Source: Pyrinomonadaceae bacterium
GTDB lineage: Bacteria > Acidobacteriota > Blastocatellia > Pyrinomonadales > Pyrinomonadaceae
NCBI GenBank assembly: GCA_036386415.1
Contig: DASVVT010000088.1
Location: 1-64,000 of the forward strand
Direction: 5' to 3'
Length of the DNA: 64,000 nucleotides
The position numbers and the translations under genes were made by a program. The first letter of the stretch is position 1, and each line of letters begins with the position of its first letter. Below, piece by piece: positions 16,140 through 26,579 of the stretch. Below the pieces are notes generated by a model that was not told the origin of the DNA, did no database searches, and worked only from the letters and a program-made list of their open reading frames with translations.

Positions 16140-19100
16140 TCAGAACGCCTGCGTGAAGCGGAAGTGGAGCTTGCCGCGATGCAGGCGAATGACGGCCTGG
16201 TCGCCACCGGCCTGTGGAATCAGGAACTCAGGCGGATTAAGCAGGAATCCGTAATCGACCGAGAGCGTCCCGCCCAGGGGGGTCTTGATTCTGAATCCGA
16301 GCCCCAGCGTATGCGTCCACTGCGCGCGCAGGTTGGGGTCTTCGCCGGGCTGCGAGTTTCGGCCAAAGAGATCGCCGACGCGACGGAAGACGTTGCCGCC
16401 ATCGTAGAAGGGCACAACGCCGAAAGCCTTCGAGAGAGGCACACGCGCTTCCAGATTCAGAACCGCCAGAGCGTTGCCGCCGATGGGGACGAGAAACGGG
16501 TTGAGCGTGACGGGCTCGCCCTTCTGGTTACGAAAGAGCCCGCAGGTTGATGGAATCGGATTGAGAAGGAAGCACTGCGGGGCAACCACGCGCGGGCCAG
16601 CCTCTTCGTAACCGAAGCCGCGCAGTGTGGTCGAACCGCCCGAGAAGAATCGCTCGCTGATGGGCAGCGTCTCATCTACGTCGTCTATCACGCCGTTATC
16701 GTTGCGATCCTGCGGATTGAAGAGATTGGCGAGACCGAGCGTGACGCTTCCGGCGAGCACCGTCCCGCGAAATCGATTCAGCTTGTAGTAGTGGCGGTAG
16801 TTGGACTGGAATTTATTGAACGAGAGATTGCCGCCGAGTTGCCGAAGCGCGAGCGAATAGTCGAGGTTGAGATAGTTGCCGCGCGTCGGATCAAACTGGC
16901 TGTCGCGCGTATCGCGCACGAAGGTCGCGCCCAAACGCGCGAGCCGAATCTTGCGGTCGGGTCTGAGAATTTCCGAGATCAGCAGGCTCTCGATGTTTAA
17001 GAGGCGCACATCCTCGTAGTTAAAGCGCAGGAAGAGGATGCTGCGCGTGTCGCGGTCGATGACGCGCTGGGTTTCGGCGTTGAAGGTGAAGCGGTTGATC
17101 GTCGGCTCGCCCGCCGGGTTGCCAAAGACGTCGACCGGATTTCCTTCCTCGTCGAAACGCTGGACGATGCCGAAGTTGCCGCGATCAATGGTCGAGCGGA
17201 AGAAGCGCGTCACAGTGCTGTCGCGCTGGTACTGGAGCGAGAGTGCGAGCGGCGCAAACTGCCCTTCGCCGTAGCGCTGAAAGCGCGGATCGAAATATTC
17301 CAGGCGCATGAGCTGCTGGCGCTGGCTGGCGCGGATGCGGAAAGAGCCCTGGCGGAGCTTACCGAAGAGGTTGACGTTGCGTATGTCAACGAAGCCGAGC
17401 GGGCCGTTGTCTGTCGAATAGCCGCCGCCGTAGCTCAGAATGCGCGGCTTCAACTCTTCGACATCTATCACGACATCGCGCTTCTTGAAACCGGCAGCCG
17501 TTTCGCCCGCGCGCTCCGTGCGAATGATGACCTGGCGGAAAGCATCCGTCGCATAAAGGATGCGCTCACTTTCGGCCAGCTTGTCGGCGCGCAGCACTTC
17601 GCCTTCGACCAGGGGGATCGACCTGACGATGGCCTCCCTGTGGGTTCTGATGTTGCCGTTGACGAGAATGCGGTTGATGAAGACCTTGTCGCCTTCGTTG
17701 GTGATCGTGTAGACGAGACGCACCTGCTCGTCCTCGCCCTTCGTCGGCAGATCGACGGTCGAGAAGTCCAGGCGGGCATCTATGTAGCCGTTGCGGGCGT
17801 AGAGATTGAGGATGCGGTCACCGGCGGCGCGCGCCTCCGAACGCGAGAAGGGGCCGCCCGCCACCTCTCCCAACTCGTCGCGCAGGCGCGCTTCCGTGTA
17901 GATTTGATTGCCGCGAATCTCTACGCCCGCTATGCGCGTGAGCGGCCCTTCGTTGACGACAAACGTGATGATGAGACCCTCGCCCTGGATCGCGACGCCC
18001 TGGCGAACAGTGACCTCTGCCTTCCTGTAGCCCAGGTCGCGCATGCGCGCGCGGATCGTGCGTTGATCTTCCGCCAGAAGCTCACGGCTCGTATAGCCGC
18101 GCCCGTATCCGAGCAGAGGGATGAAGCCGAGCACGGTCGCTCTTTGCGTGCGCAGGTCTGGCTCGATCTCTTCGATGGTCAGCTTGGTTGTGCCTTCGAG
18201 GCGTATGTCTTTGAGCTTGAAGCGGCGACCGCGCTCGACGTTGTAAGTGACGTTGACGGTGCGCCCGGTCAGTTCCGCCGGGTTCAGGCTCTTGCAAGCC
18301 TCTTCAGTGCCGTTGGCAGGCATGTCCGGCATGATGGGTGTGACGGTGCAGGCGGCTGTCACTTCGGCGAAGAAGTAGCCGCTCTCCTGCAACCTATTAC
18401 GCAAACGACGCGCGCCCTCGATGATCACAGAGTAGTCTATGCTGCCCTCGCGCTTGATGGGCAGAATCTCGCGCGCGCTCTTTTCTTTCAACTGGTAGTC
18501 GTGAATGGTGACGGTCACGGCCGGGCCGATGCCGCCCGTCAGGCCGACCGTCACCTGTGTGCCCGACGGGTCGAGCGTGACCTTCGGATCATCCAGTTGC
18601 GGCGCAAGGTATCCGAGGGCGATGATGGCCTGGCGGATGCGACCTATGTCTTCGCCGAGCGCCGGACGTGTGAAGGGCGCACCCTGTTGTAGACGCAGAG
18701 AAGGTCGGACGCGCGACGCATCGAAGCCTTTGATTTGAATGTCGAAGGCGGCGACGCGCGCCTGCTCTCCAGGCTGGATGCGAAAGGTGACGATGGCGCG
18801 CGTGCCGCTCGCGTCCGTCTGCTGTGTGAAGTCAACCTCCGCCCTGTAGAAGCCACGGTCGCGCAGGTAAGCCTGAATCAGGTCGGCGTTCTGTTTGAGC
18901 TTCTGCTCCGTGAGCGGCGTTCCTGGCTCGAGCATGTTGAGGCGCGTGCGCAGCTCGTCCTCCGAGATGGGCGCGCCCGTCGGCAGGACACCCAGATCGA
19001 GCAGAACTTCCCCGACCCGCACCTGAAGCCTGACGACGAAGCGCACGCGCACGGGGCGGCTGCTGCCAGGCGCACCCGTTTGACTCACCTCGACGCGTGC

Positions 19101-19796
19101 CGACGAGACGCGACCGGAATCAAAGAGCGCCTGTAAAGATTCGCGCACGCGCACGGCTGAATATTCCGTGTTCGGCGCAACGCGCAGGAGCGAGAGGAAT
19201 TCGGCTTCGGCTGTCGCATCGCGTGGCGAGCCTTCGAGCACCACCTCGACATCGGCAATCAATCGTCCCTCATAGTCGCCAACATCGGCTGTGCCGTACG
19301 TATCGAACGACGCACGTCTGAGCAGGCCGGAGGAGAACGCTGAATGTCGCGCGTTCTTGCGGCGGGCAGAGCGCGCGGCGGGTGGAGCGATCATGCCAAC
19401 GGTCTGACGCGCACGGCGCGGCGCGTTGAAGAAGATGTCTATCCGGTTGAATTTTCGCTCCAGGCGGGCGCTGCCGCCCTCTATTAAACCGAACGACAGC
19501 ACAATCGCGCTGCCGCGTCGTTCGACCCGCGCATCCGTGAAGGCGCGACCCATGACGCGCTCGTCCCAGGCAGAGGCGACACTCGCCTGCGGAATGAAAA
19601 CGTAGAACCGACCTTCATATTGATAGGAGCTACAGTCGCCGAGCGGCAGATCGGAGGTGATCGTCACATGCGACCCTTGAGGCGTGTCTGTGCTGCGAAG
19701 CGGCGCGATGGTTCTCGTCTGCGCCGACGCCAACACACCTTCTTGCGCCCACACGCTCGCTCGCGCCGCCGAGATCAATGCAAGCGCGAGGAACAT
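16140..19796 (-). CDS. Giant Omp85-family outer-membrane protein assembly factor (BamA/TamA-like; multiple POTRA domains and a C-terminal 16-strand barrel)
   Basis: C-terminus …HRGKLHFRFTQAF (terminal aromatic), D15/surface-antigen barrel motifs, repeated POTRA-like segments. The likely start is the Met of the signal peptide MFLALALISAARASVWAQ (~19796). The ORF-track start at 19901 reads through repeat element B. Confidence 0.85.
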   Translation of the reverse strand: MFLALALISAARASVWAQEGVLASAQTRTIAPLRSTDTPQGSHVTITSDLPLGDCSSYQYEGRFYVFIPQASVASAWDERVMGRAFTDARVERRGSAIVLSFGLIEGGSARLERKFNRIDIFFNAPRRARQTVGMIAPPAARSARRKNARHSAFSSGLLRRASFDTYGTADVGDYEGRLIADVEVVLEGSPRDATAEAEFLSLLRVAPNTEYSAVRVRESLQALFDSGRVSSARVEVSQTGAPGSSRPVRVRFVVRLQVRVGEVLLDLGVLPTGAPISEDELRTRLNMLEPGTPLTEQKLKQNADLIQAYLRDRGFYRAEVDFTQQTDASGTRAIVTFRIQPGEQARVAAFDIQIKGFDASRVRPSLRLQQGAPFTRPALGEDIGRIRQAIIALGYLAPQLDDPKVTLDPSGTQVTVGLTGGIGPAVTVTIHDYQLKEKSAREILPIKREGSIDYSVIIEGARRLRNRLQESGYFFAEVTAACTVTPIMPDMPANGTEEACKSLNPAELTGRTVNVTYNVERGRRFKLKDIRLEGTTKLTIEEIEPDLRTQRATVLGFIPLLGYGRGYTSRELLAEDQRTIRARMRDLGYRKAEVTVRQGVAIQGEGLIITFVVNEGPLTRIAGVEIRGNQIYTEARLRDELGEVAGGPFSRSEARAAGDRILNLYARNGYIDARLDFSTVDLPTKGEDEQVRLVYTITNEGDKVFINRILVNGNIRTHREAIVRSIPLVEGEVLRADKLAESERILYATDAFRQVIIRTERAGETAAGFKKRDVVIDVEELKPRILSYGGGYSTDNGPLGFVDIRNVNLFGKLRQGSFRIRASQRQQLMRLEYFDPRFQRYGEGQFAPLALSLQYQRDSTVTRFFRSTIDRGNFGIVQRFDEEGNPVDVFGNPAGEPTINRFTFNAETQRVIDRDTRSILFLRFNYEDVRLLNIESLLISEILRPDRKIRLARLGATFVRDTRDSQFDPTRGNYLNLDYSLALRQLGGNLSFNKFQSNYRHYYKLNRFRGTVLAGSVTLGLANLFNPQDRNDNGVIDDVDETLPISERFFSGGSTTLRGFGYEEAGPRVVAPQCFLLNPIPSTCGLFRNQKGEPVTLNPFLVPIGGNALAVLNLEARVPLSKAFGVVPFYDGGNVFRRVGDLFGRNSQPGEDPNLRAQWTHTLGLGFRIKTPLGGTLSVDYGFLLNPPEFLIPQAGGDQAVIRLHRGKLHFRFTQAF

Positions 19797-19857
19797 GGCG
19801 GCAAGCGTGCGCCGACGACTTTTGAAGATGAGGCCCTTGGGTATCGCGTGCATGAAT

Positions 19858-19990
19858 AAGTAGACAGTAGACAGTAGCCAGTAGTCAGTAGAAAAGAACA
19901 TCCGTTGATGCTATTCAATCATAGACTTCAGCGACAGCGTTCAATGCGCGGAGCGCCTACTGACTACTGTCTACTGGCTACTGACTACTG
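19858..19990. repeat. AGTAGTC-heptamer hairpin element, copy B
   Basis: Arms AAGTAGACAGTAGACAGTAGCCAGTAGTCAGTAG and CTACTGACTACTGTCTACTGGCTACTGACTACTG. Loop AAAAGAACATCCGTTGATGCTATTC… is a degenerate version of the conserved module. Confidence 0.9.
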
Positions 19991-19994
19991 CTTT

Positions 19995-22900
19995 TCAAAA
20001 TCTCTTTCTGAAACGAATCTCGAAACTGAAATTATCGTTACGTGAGCTGAAGCCATTAACAGAGCCTTGCTCATATTGCGCGACGAACGACAGACGGTTT
20101 GAGACGCGATATTCGAGCGCCAGCACCTGATTCTGATCCGAAGTCAGGTTGGTCGAATAGGTGATCGACAGGTCTTTATTGATCTGCCGCCCGACCGTCA
20201 GGCGCGCCGTCGGGCTCGCCCCGCCGCGTCCCGCGATTAAAGGATCGATCTCGAAGCGGTTCAAGCCGAAAAGCTTGTCTGTGGCGCGCCGCACCGGAGC
20301 GTTAATCAGAGTATCTGTAAGCAGGCTGGTCGCCGTTCCCAGTCCGGTCTGCGCGAGCGTGGAAGTGCCCGTATCGCCCCCTTCCAGATTACCCGTCAGG
20401 ATGAGGGAGACGACATCTGTCTGCGGCAGCGCCGGATCGGAGCGGACGGTCGTCGTGAGCTGCGATAGTGGGCCGGTCAATCCGACGAGCACCTGATAGC
20501 CTTTGATCTCCGACTCCGCTTGAATATTGAGGATCGGATCAGCGTCGCGAGCAGGCGGGAGGTCTATGAAGCCGCGCGTCACTTCGTAAGCGTCGTTGCG
20601 GAAGTTGAGCGTGCCGCGCGTCAGGGAAATGCGTCCCGAAATAATGGGGTCTTCGACGGGGCCGACGGCGCGCACCGAAAGTGAGCCGACGATGTCCGCC
20701 AGATTGTTGCGCACGACGAGCGCATCGCGACCCTCGACCCGCACGTCCAACTGGGTTGTGGCGGCAAAGGCGGAATCGCCGCCCGTGCCTTCCGTCAACG
20801 AAGCTTCCCGGCGACGATTGATAATATCGGCCAGCTCTATGTCCTCTGTGTATTCGGCGCGACGCAGATTGACGACGCCGGTGATGAACTGTCCGCGCGT
20901 CGCGCCGTTGATCTCAAGGTCTGCGTCGGCAGTCGTTCTGAAGCCTTGAGGGTACGGGACGGTCACGTCGTCGCCGTGGACGCTGAAGCGATAGCTCGTA
21001 GGCGTAAATCCGGCGAGCAGCGCGCCGCCCGAAACCACGACGCGCCCGCCGCCGAGGTTGCCCGTCAAGGTGTCTATCTGCGCCTGATTGGAGTTGAAGC
21101 GAACGCGGCCATTGACGTTTGAGACGGTCAATCTCTCGTCGCCGATGAGGGTCGCAATGGACGCGCCCGCAACGTTGGCCGTACCGAAGAGACGCGGCTG
21201 CTCGTACGTGCCCGTCATACGCACGCTGGCTTCGGCAATTCCTGACAGGAAGATGTTGGGCGAGAGGCCGTTCAGAACTCTCAGGTTCAATTTGCCGTCG
21301 ATGGTCAGACTCTGGCGGCCACCGGGGCCGAGCGCCGCCGTGCCGCCGAAGAGAATGTTCGTGCCGGGGCCTGTGAACTGCGTCTTCTCAAAGAAGACCT
21401 CCTCGCTTGAGAACTGCACCTGAAGCGGCGAGACGGCCTGAAGCGGGATGTCTTCGACCTGTATGGTCAGGTCTGTGAAGTTGGCCGTGCCACGCAGTCC
21501 CGCGAGGCTGAACACGTCTTCATCTTTCTCGTTCGGCGTGATGAGATTTCCGCTCGCCTTGAGCGTGCCAGTCGCGTGGCCGATCACCTTGACGTTTGAT
21601 TGCGGCAGGAGCAGCGCGAAGAGCGGCGTCAGGTCTGCGCCCGCAAGCGTCGTCTCGATGTTCGTCGCCAGACGCTCGCTGCCGAGATCGACGCGCGCCG
21701 CGATGGTCTGCGGCTGTCCCAGCAAATCTGTCGTCAGGCGCAGATCGAACTGTTTATTCTCCGTGCGCCCCACAAGCGTGAGACGCCCCGTCGTGCGACC
21801 GTTCACGGTCACGTCTCTGCCTTCGCCGTCGATGTTGATCTGGTAGGTCGAGAAATCCGTAAAGACTCCAGTGGCGTGCGCCACGAGGTCGGCTGTGCCG
21901 GTCAGTTGCGGCAGCCCCGAAGTATTCTTGGCAAAGCTCTCCAGGCGGTCGAGTTTAATCCCCTCGCCCCGCGCCTGTATGTCGAACCCCTGGGTCGTCG
22001 TATTGTATGTCCCGCTCGCCGTGATCCGCCCGGCACTAAAGCGCGCGTCAACATTTTCAAGATTGATGGCCGAGCCGTTGAAGGTCGCGCGCGCGATGAT
22101 GCTTTCAAACGGTTCGCCCGCGATGCGCCCCGGACTGAAACTGAGTTCTGCATTGCCGCTCATCGCACCCGGCAGCCCTGTCACGTTAATGCGCCCCGAA
22201 AGGTCTGACTGCACGTCGCCCAAACGATCAAGCGCGCCTTGATTCGCTTCTCCACCCATACGAGGTCTGAGGGCGGCAACGGCAGCGAGCAGGTTTCCGG
22301 CGTTGGCACGATCAAGCGTCAAGTCGAGCGCGATGTTGTTATCGCCGACGCGTGGAGCAAGCAGGCTGAACTGCGCTCCGCCGCCGTCGCGCTCCGTGAG
22401 TCGGCCATCGCTCAAGCGGATTTCGTCTGGAGTCACGCTCAGGTTGGCTGCGACCGAGCCGAGGTCACGATCCTGAACAAGCAGGGAATCAAGCGCGGCG
22501 TGGCCGTCGATGGTCGGGTTCGTCAAGTCTCCACGGACATTTCCGTTGAAGGCGAAGTTTCCGCCGAGACGGATTCCGCTCTCGCGTAGCTGCTGATCGA
22601 GGTCGGGGAAGAGACCGGAAGCGAGCAGGACATTCTGTAGCTCTGTCGCGTCGCTCGATTTGACGTTGAGCTGAAGATCGGATTCGGAGCGGATGAAGGA
22701 GAAGCGTCCCGTGGCGCTCAGCTCTGAAGAGGCCGTGCGCAGGTTGGCGCGCTCGATGTTGAAGAGGCCGCGCGTCGCACTCAAGGTGACATCACCGTTG
22801 AGCGCTGTGCGCGAGTCGCTGGCCTCATTGCCCGCTACGTCGCCATTGAACTCCGCACGCACAGTTCCGCTCGCCGCCTTGATATTCGATCCCGGAAATG

Positions 22901-25118
22901 CCAGATCAATCGTGCCGGAGGTTTTGCCCGTCAGAGGCACAATACGCTGCGAGAAGGTGGCGAGCAGGTTGTCTATGTCCAGATTATTAAAGTCTGCCGT
23001 GACGTGCGACGCACCATTTCTAGCCGTGCTGATAGTGGCGTTGCCGCTGGCGTTGCCGTTGAGCACGTCGGCTGTGAAATTGTTGAGGCGTATCTGATCG
23101 TTGGTTGCGACCACATTGCTGCGCGCCGCGCCCAGGTTTATTTTGCCGAGCACGCCGCCGCCCAGGCTCAGGTCTGCGCTCGCGCGATAACGCCCCTGCG
23201 GCTCGATCACGAAGACCGGGCGCGCGAGCCGTACGTTTTCGACATGACCATCCTGGAGAGCCACCGTTCCGGCGTTGATGTCGCCCGATGACCCTTCGAC
23301 GCGCCCGTCGCGAATCGTCAGTCGAACGCCCGCTATATTGAGGCTGCCGATGCGTGCGCCGCCCTGTGCGTTGATGCCGCCAACGCGAACGTTATTTGCG
23401 ACGACAGCGGTTGCGCCATCTCGGTTGACGATCTCCACACCGCCCGCCGTGACGCCGTTTACGCGCACGCCCGAAGCATCGACAGTTCCCGCACGCACGC
23501 TCCCCAGGGAAGCGGTCGTGACATCGTTTTCCGAGCGCACGCGCACGTCCGATGCTTGCGCCCCGTTGATTGATGCGCCCGAAGTCTGAAGACGGTTGGC
23601 GCTGGCCGAAGAGGCAGAGGCCGTCAGCAGGTTATCGCGCGATTCGGCCACCACGTCTTTGAGGATCAACCCGGCAAGGGTTGTGCCCGCGCCGCGCGCT
23701 GCCGCCGCGCGCAGCTCTCCGACCCAGCGAAAGTCCGTGCCCGTGCCCATCAAGCCCCCTGCAAGTTGCAGCGTGTTCAATTGAAAATCGCCCGCCGCCA
23801 GCACCTCCGCAACGGCGCGACCGTTGATGTCGTAGCTCGCGCCGTCGCCCGTGCCCTTAGCCGTCAGGTTCAGATTCTGCAAGCGCACACCGTCCGCCGC
23901 CAGCGCGTCCGCTTTGACCTCGCCGTCAACCTGATAACGCGAGCCTTCGCCCGACACAGTGCCTTCCAGATTGCCGACGCCGCGCAAGGCCGTACCCGAT
24001 TGCAAGATGTCCGAAGCCTGTGTGAGGTCGATCATAGACGTGATACGCATCTGGTAACGCAGGTTGCGCCAGTCGTCCATAGTGCCCTGCAAGTGCGCCT
24101 CGGCCACGGGCGAGCGCAAAACAAGCTCTTGAATCTCTGCGCGCGTCTGGTTGACGCGCCCGTGCGCCTCCACTGAGATGTCGTTGACGGGGCGGCCATC
24201 GTAGACGAAGGTTGAATTGGAGAGCGCGAGGGTGACTGTGTTCATCCAGCTTTCGGCTGGCGCTTGTGGGTCATCCGGCTGAATTGTGGCGACGATATTG
24301 CGCGCTTCGCCGGAGAGACGGTGCTGCTCGTCGCCGTAGTGTATGAGCGCGTTGTTGATGATGACCTTCGCCGTCGAATAAGAGAAAAGGATGCGGCGGT
24401 TCGGGTCGGGCTCAGGCAGCTTGATGTTGCGAAAGTTTGAGTTGCCCTGCGCGTCAAACTTCACCCACAGCTCTGCCCCGTCAACCTGCAAAGATTCCAG
24501 GTTGACGTTGCGGCGCAGGTTGAGCGCGTAAAGGTCTGTGACGCGAACTGTCGCCAGCAGGCGATCAATCTTGCCAAGCTGCTCGCCCGTCTGAGAGTCG
24601 TAGAGCTCGATGCCCGTCATCTCGACGGTGCGCGGCCCGAACTTCGTGTGAAACTCCTTGATCTCAGCGCGGATGCCGTACTCCGCGAAGGTCGTCTTGA
24701 TCTGCCCCGCGATGTAGCGGTCGATGTAGCCGAGGCGGTACACGATGATCGCGACCAGCACCAGGGCGACCGCGCCGACGGCAACTGCAATGGTCGCGAT
24801 GAAGGCATTGCGCCGGGTGAGATAACGCCGCCGACGCCCCTGCGGCGTGACGGGCTCCGGGCGATCCGCATCGCGCTCGGCGACCCGTTCGGCCACGGGC
24901 GGCAAGGGCTCGTCCGTCTCCGAAGAAAGCGCCTCGGTGAGGGTTTCCTTTTCAGTCTCAGGCTTGCTTTGAGACGAAGCGTCGTCGCGATCATCAACAG
25001 GCATAATTATGGGGGCGAGCCTATCAGGCACACGCGGCTCGCGAGTAAATCGAATTAAGAATGGGAGAGCCTCAGCGACAGAAGCTCGACCGTACGCGTT
25101 GGGCGTACGGCCACCCAC
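19995..25118 (-). CDS. tamB: TamB-like translocation-and-assembly module protein (AsmA-like, DUF490 C-terminus), 1707 aa
   Basis: Single N-terminal TM. Long beta-rich repetitive body. C-terminal DUF490 signature (…GRQINKDLSITYSTNL…LALEYRVSNRLSFVAQYE…FSFEIRFRKRF). Confidence 0.85.
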   Translation of the reverse strand: MGGRTPNAYGRASVAEALPFLIRFTREPRVPDRLAPIIMPVDDRDDASSQSKPETEKETLTEALSSETDEPLPPVAERVAERDADRPEPVTPQGRRRRYLTRRNAFIATIAVAVGAVALVLVAIIVYRLGYIDRYIAGQIKTTFAEYGIRAEIKEFHTKFGPRTVEMTGIELYDSQTGEQLGKIDRLLATVRVTDLYALNLRRNVNLESLQVDGAELWVKFDAQGNSNFRNIKLPEPDPNRRILFSYSTAKVIINNALIHYGDEQHRLSGEARNIVATIQPDDPQAPAESWMNTVTLALSNSTFVYDGRPVNDISVEAHGRVNQTRAEIQELVLRSPVAEAHLQGTMDDWRNLRYQMRITSMIDLTQASDILQSGTALRGVGNLEGTVSGEGSRYQVDGEVKADALAADGVRLQNLNLTAKGTGDGASYDINGRAVAEVLAAGDFQLNTLQLAGGLMGTGTDFRWVGELRAAAARGAGTTLAGLILKDVVAESRDNLLTASASSASANRLQTSGASINGAQASDVRVRSENDVTTASLGSVRAGTVDASGVRVNGVTAGGVEIVNRDGATAVVANNVRVGGINAQGGARIGSLNIAGVRLTIRDGRVEGSSGDINAGTVALQDGHVENVRLARPVFVIEPQGRYRASADLSLGGGVLGKINLGAARSNVVATNDQIRLNNFTADVLNGNASGNATISTARNGASHVTADFNNLDIDNLLATFSQRIVPLTGKTSGTIDLAFPGSNIKAASGTVRAEFNGDVAGNEASDSRTALNGDVTLSATRGLFNIERANLRTASSELSATGRFSFIRSESDLQLNVKSSDATELQNVLLASGLFPDLDQQLRESGIRLGGNFAFNGNVRGDLTNPTIDGHAALDSLLVQDRDLGSVAANLSVTPDEIRLSDGRLTERDGGGAQFSLLAPRVGDNNIALDLTLDRANAGNLLAAVAALRPRMGGEANQGALDRLGDVQSDLSGRINVTGLPGAMSGNAELSFSPGRIAGEPFESIIARATFNGSAINLENVDARFSAGRITASGTYNTTTQGFDIQARGEGIKLDRLESFAKNTSGLPQLTGTADLVAHATGVFTDFSTYQINIDGEGRDVTVNGRTTGRLTLVGRTENKQFDLRLTTDLLGQPQTIAARVDLGSERLATNIETTLAGADLTPLFALLLPQSNVKVIGHATGTLKASGNLITPNEKDEDVFSLAGLRGTANFTDLTIQVEDIPLQAVSPLQVQFSSEEVFFEKTQFTGPGTNILFGGTAALGPGGRQSLTIDGKLNLRVLNGLSPNIFLSGIAEASVRMTGTYEQPRLFGTANVAGASIATLIGDERLTVSNVNGRVRFNSNQAQIDTLTGNLGGGRVVVSGGALLAGFTPTSYRFSVHGDDVTVPYPQGFRTTADADLEINGATRGQFITGVVNLRRAEYTEDIELADIINRRREASLTEGTGGDSAFAATTQLDVRVEGRDALVVRNNLADIVGSLSVRAVGPVEDPIISGRISLTRGTLNFRNDAYEVTRGFIDLPPARDADPILNIQAESEIKGYQVLVGLTGPLSQLTTTVRSDPALPQTDVVSLILTGNLEGGDTGTSTLAQTGLGTATSLLTDTLINAPVRRATDKLFGLNRFEIDPLIAGRGGASPTARLTVGRQINKDLSITYSTNLTSDQNQVLALEYRVSNRLSFVAQYEQGSVNGFSSRNDNFSFEIRFRKRF

Positions 25119-25155
25119 GCGTCGGGCGAGGGCGCGTGCTTCTGCCTTCTTTCAA

Positions 25156-26337
25156 CTAGCTGCTGGCTGTCGTCTTTTCCCGCCCCGCCACAGCGGCGTT
25201 TGCTGGCGAGCCGAGCGGAACGTTGCCGACAACTTCCAGATCGAAACCTTCGAGCGCCGCCACCTTGGGCGGATTGTTCGTCAAGAGCAGGATGCGACTG
25301 AGCCCCAGCTCGTGCAGGATTTGCGCGCCGACGCCGTAGTCTCGATTGACGCCGTAGCCAGTCTGGACGCTCGCCTCCTGTAAGCTTAACTCGCCTTCCT
25401 GCATCAACTGGTAGGTGCGCAACTGGTGGCGCAGATCAAGGCCGTGCTCGCGCTGTCTCAAATAGAGCACGACGCCGCGACCCTCTGCGGCGATTTTTTC
25501 CAGCGCCGTGTGAAGCTGAAAGCCCGTATCGCCGATCAGGGAACCGAACATCGCGAAGGTGACGTTCTCCGTGTGCACGCGCACGAGCACAGGCTCCTCT
25601 GTGGTCGAGACATCGCCCATCACCATCGCCAGGTGCATCTCACCGTTGACGATGTTCTCGAAGGCGATGGCGCGAAAGAGCCCGTAGACGGTCGGCAAGG
25701 AAGTTTCGGCGACGCGCCTGACCAGCACCTCTTTGCGTATGCGATAACGCACCAGGTCGGCCACGGAGATGATCTTCAAACGGTGTCGGCGCGCAAACTC
25801 TTCCAGTTCGGGCAGGCGCGCCATCGTCCCGTCCGGGTTCATGATCTCGCAGATGACGCCCGCCGGATAAAGCCCCGCGATGCGCGCCATGTCAACGCTC
25901 GCTTCCGTTTGTCCGGGGCGCACCAGCACGCCGCCCTTGCGAGCCCGCAAGGGGAAGACATGGCCTGGACGCGCCAAATCCTGCGGGCGCGTCGCGGGAT
26001 CGACCGCCGTCAGAATCGTCGTCGCGCGATCCGCCGCCGAGATGCCCGTCGTCACGCCCCTTCGCGCCTCAATCGAGACCGTAAAGGCCGTGCCCAGGAA
26101 AGAGGTGTTGTCGGCCACCTGCATCGTCAGGTGCAGCTCGTCGCAGCGCTCCTCAGTCAAAGGCATGCAGATGAGTCCGCGCGCGTGCGTCGCCATGAAG
26201 TTGATGATCTCCGGCGTGATCTTCTCAGCCGCGCAGACCAGGTCGCCCTCGTTCTCGCGATCCTCGTCATCGACGATGATAATCATGCGCCCGTCGCTGA
26301 TGTCTGCGGCGGCGTCTTCGATGGTAGCGAAAGGCAT
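25156..26337 (-). CDS. ribBA: 3,4-dihydroxy-2-butanone-4-phosphate synthase fused to a GTP-cyclohydrolase-II-like domain that lacks the zinc-ligand cysteines
   Basis: RibB motifs [11 protein letters not shown] and TGISAADR. The C-terminal half aligns to RibA (…[24 protein letters not shown]…LLTNNP), but HSECLTGD/RCDCG is replaced and there is no Cys. Confidence 0.85.
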   Translation of the reverse strand: MPFATIEDAAADISDGRMIIIVDDEDRENEGDLVCAAEKITPEIINFMATHARGLICMPLTEERCDELHLTMQVADNTSFLGTAFTVSIEARRGVTTGISAADRATTILTAVDPATRPQDLARPGHVFPLRARKGGVLVRPGQTEASVDMARIAGLYPAGVICEIMNPDGTMARLPELEEFARRHRLKIISVADLVRYRIRKEVLVRRVAETSLPTVYGLFRAIAFENIVNGEMHLAMVMGDVSTTEEPVLVRVHTENVTFAMFGSLIGDTGFQLHTALEKIAAEGRGVVLYLRQREHGLDLRHQLRTYQLMQEGELSLQEASVQTGYGVNRDYGVGAQILHELGLSRILLLTNNPPKVAALEGFDLEVVGNVPLGSPANAAVAGREKTTASS

Positions 26338-26442
26338 GTCGGTTAAATCAGTAAACTGCCGGGAGAGCTAAAAATGACAGAAGCTATGTTACCCGAAAGC
26401 CCATTTTTTTGCGACTGGTAATTCGAGGAAAGAAGAGAATAA

Positions 26443-26527
26443 ACCGCAAAGGACGCAAAGAATGAAGACGCTAAGGGCGCGAAGAAGAGTTTCCTTTGCG
26501 TCTTCAAGTTTGCGTCCTTTGCGTTTA
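26443..26527. repeat. CGCAAAG-type hairpin element, copy G1
   Basis: CGCAAAGGACGCAAAGAATGAAGACGC … GCGTCTTCAAGTTTGCGTCCTTTGCG. Confidence 0.8.
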
Positions 26528-26579
26528 GAGTTTTCCGTATCGACAAAGGAGACCCGACCTCGTCAGTAATGGGTGCTCC

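Noticed and set aside
17640-18692. 350-aa plus-strand ORF within the omp85 gene
   Set aside because: Antisense to a gene with clear Omp85 features. Typical GC-rich shadow ORF.
19797-19901. N-terminal 35 codons (MFFSTDYWLLSTVYLFMHAIPKGLIFKSRRRTLAA) of the listed Omp85 ORF
   Set aside because: These codons are the read-through of hairpin element B (heptamer repeat). A canonical signal peptide starts at the downstream Met (~19796).
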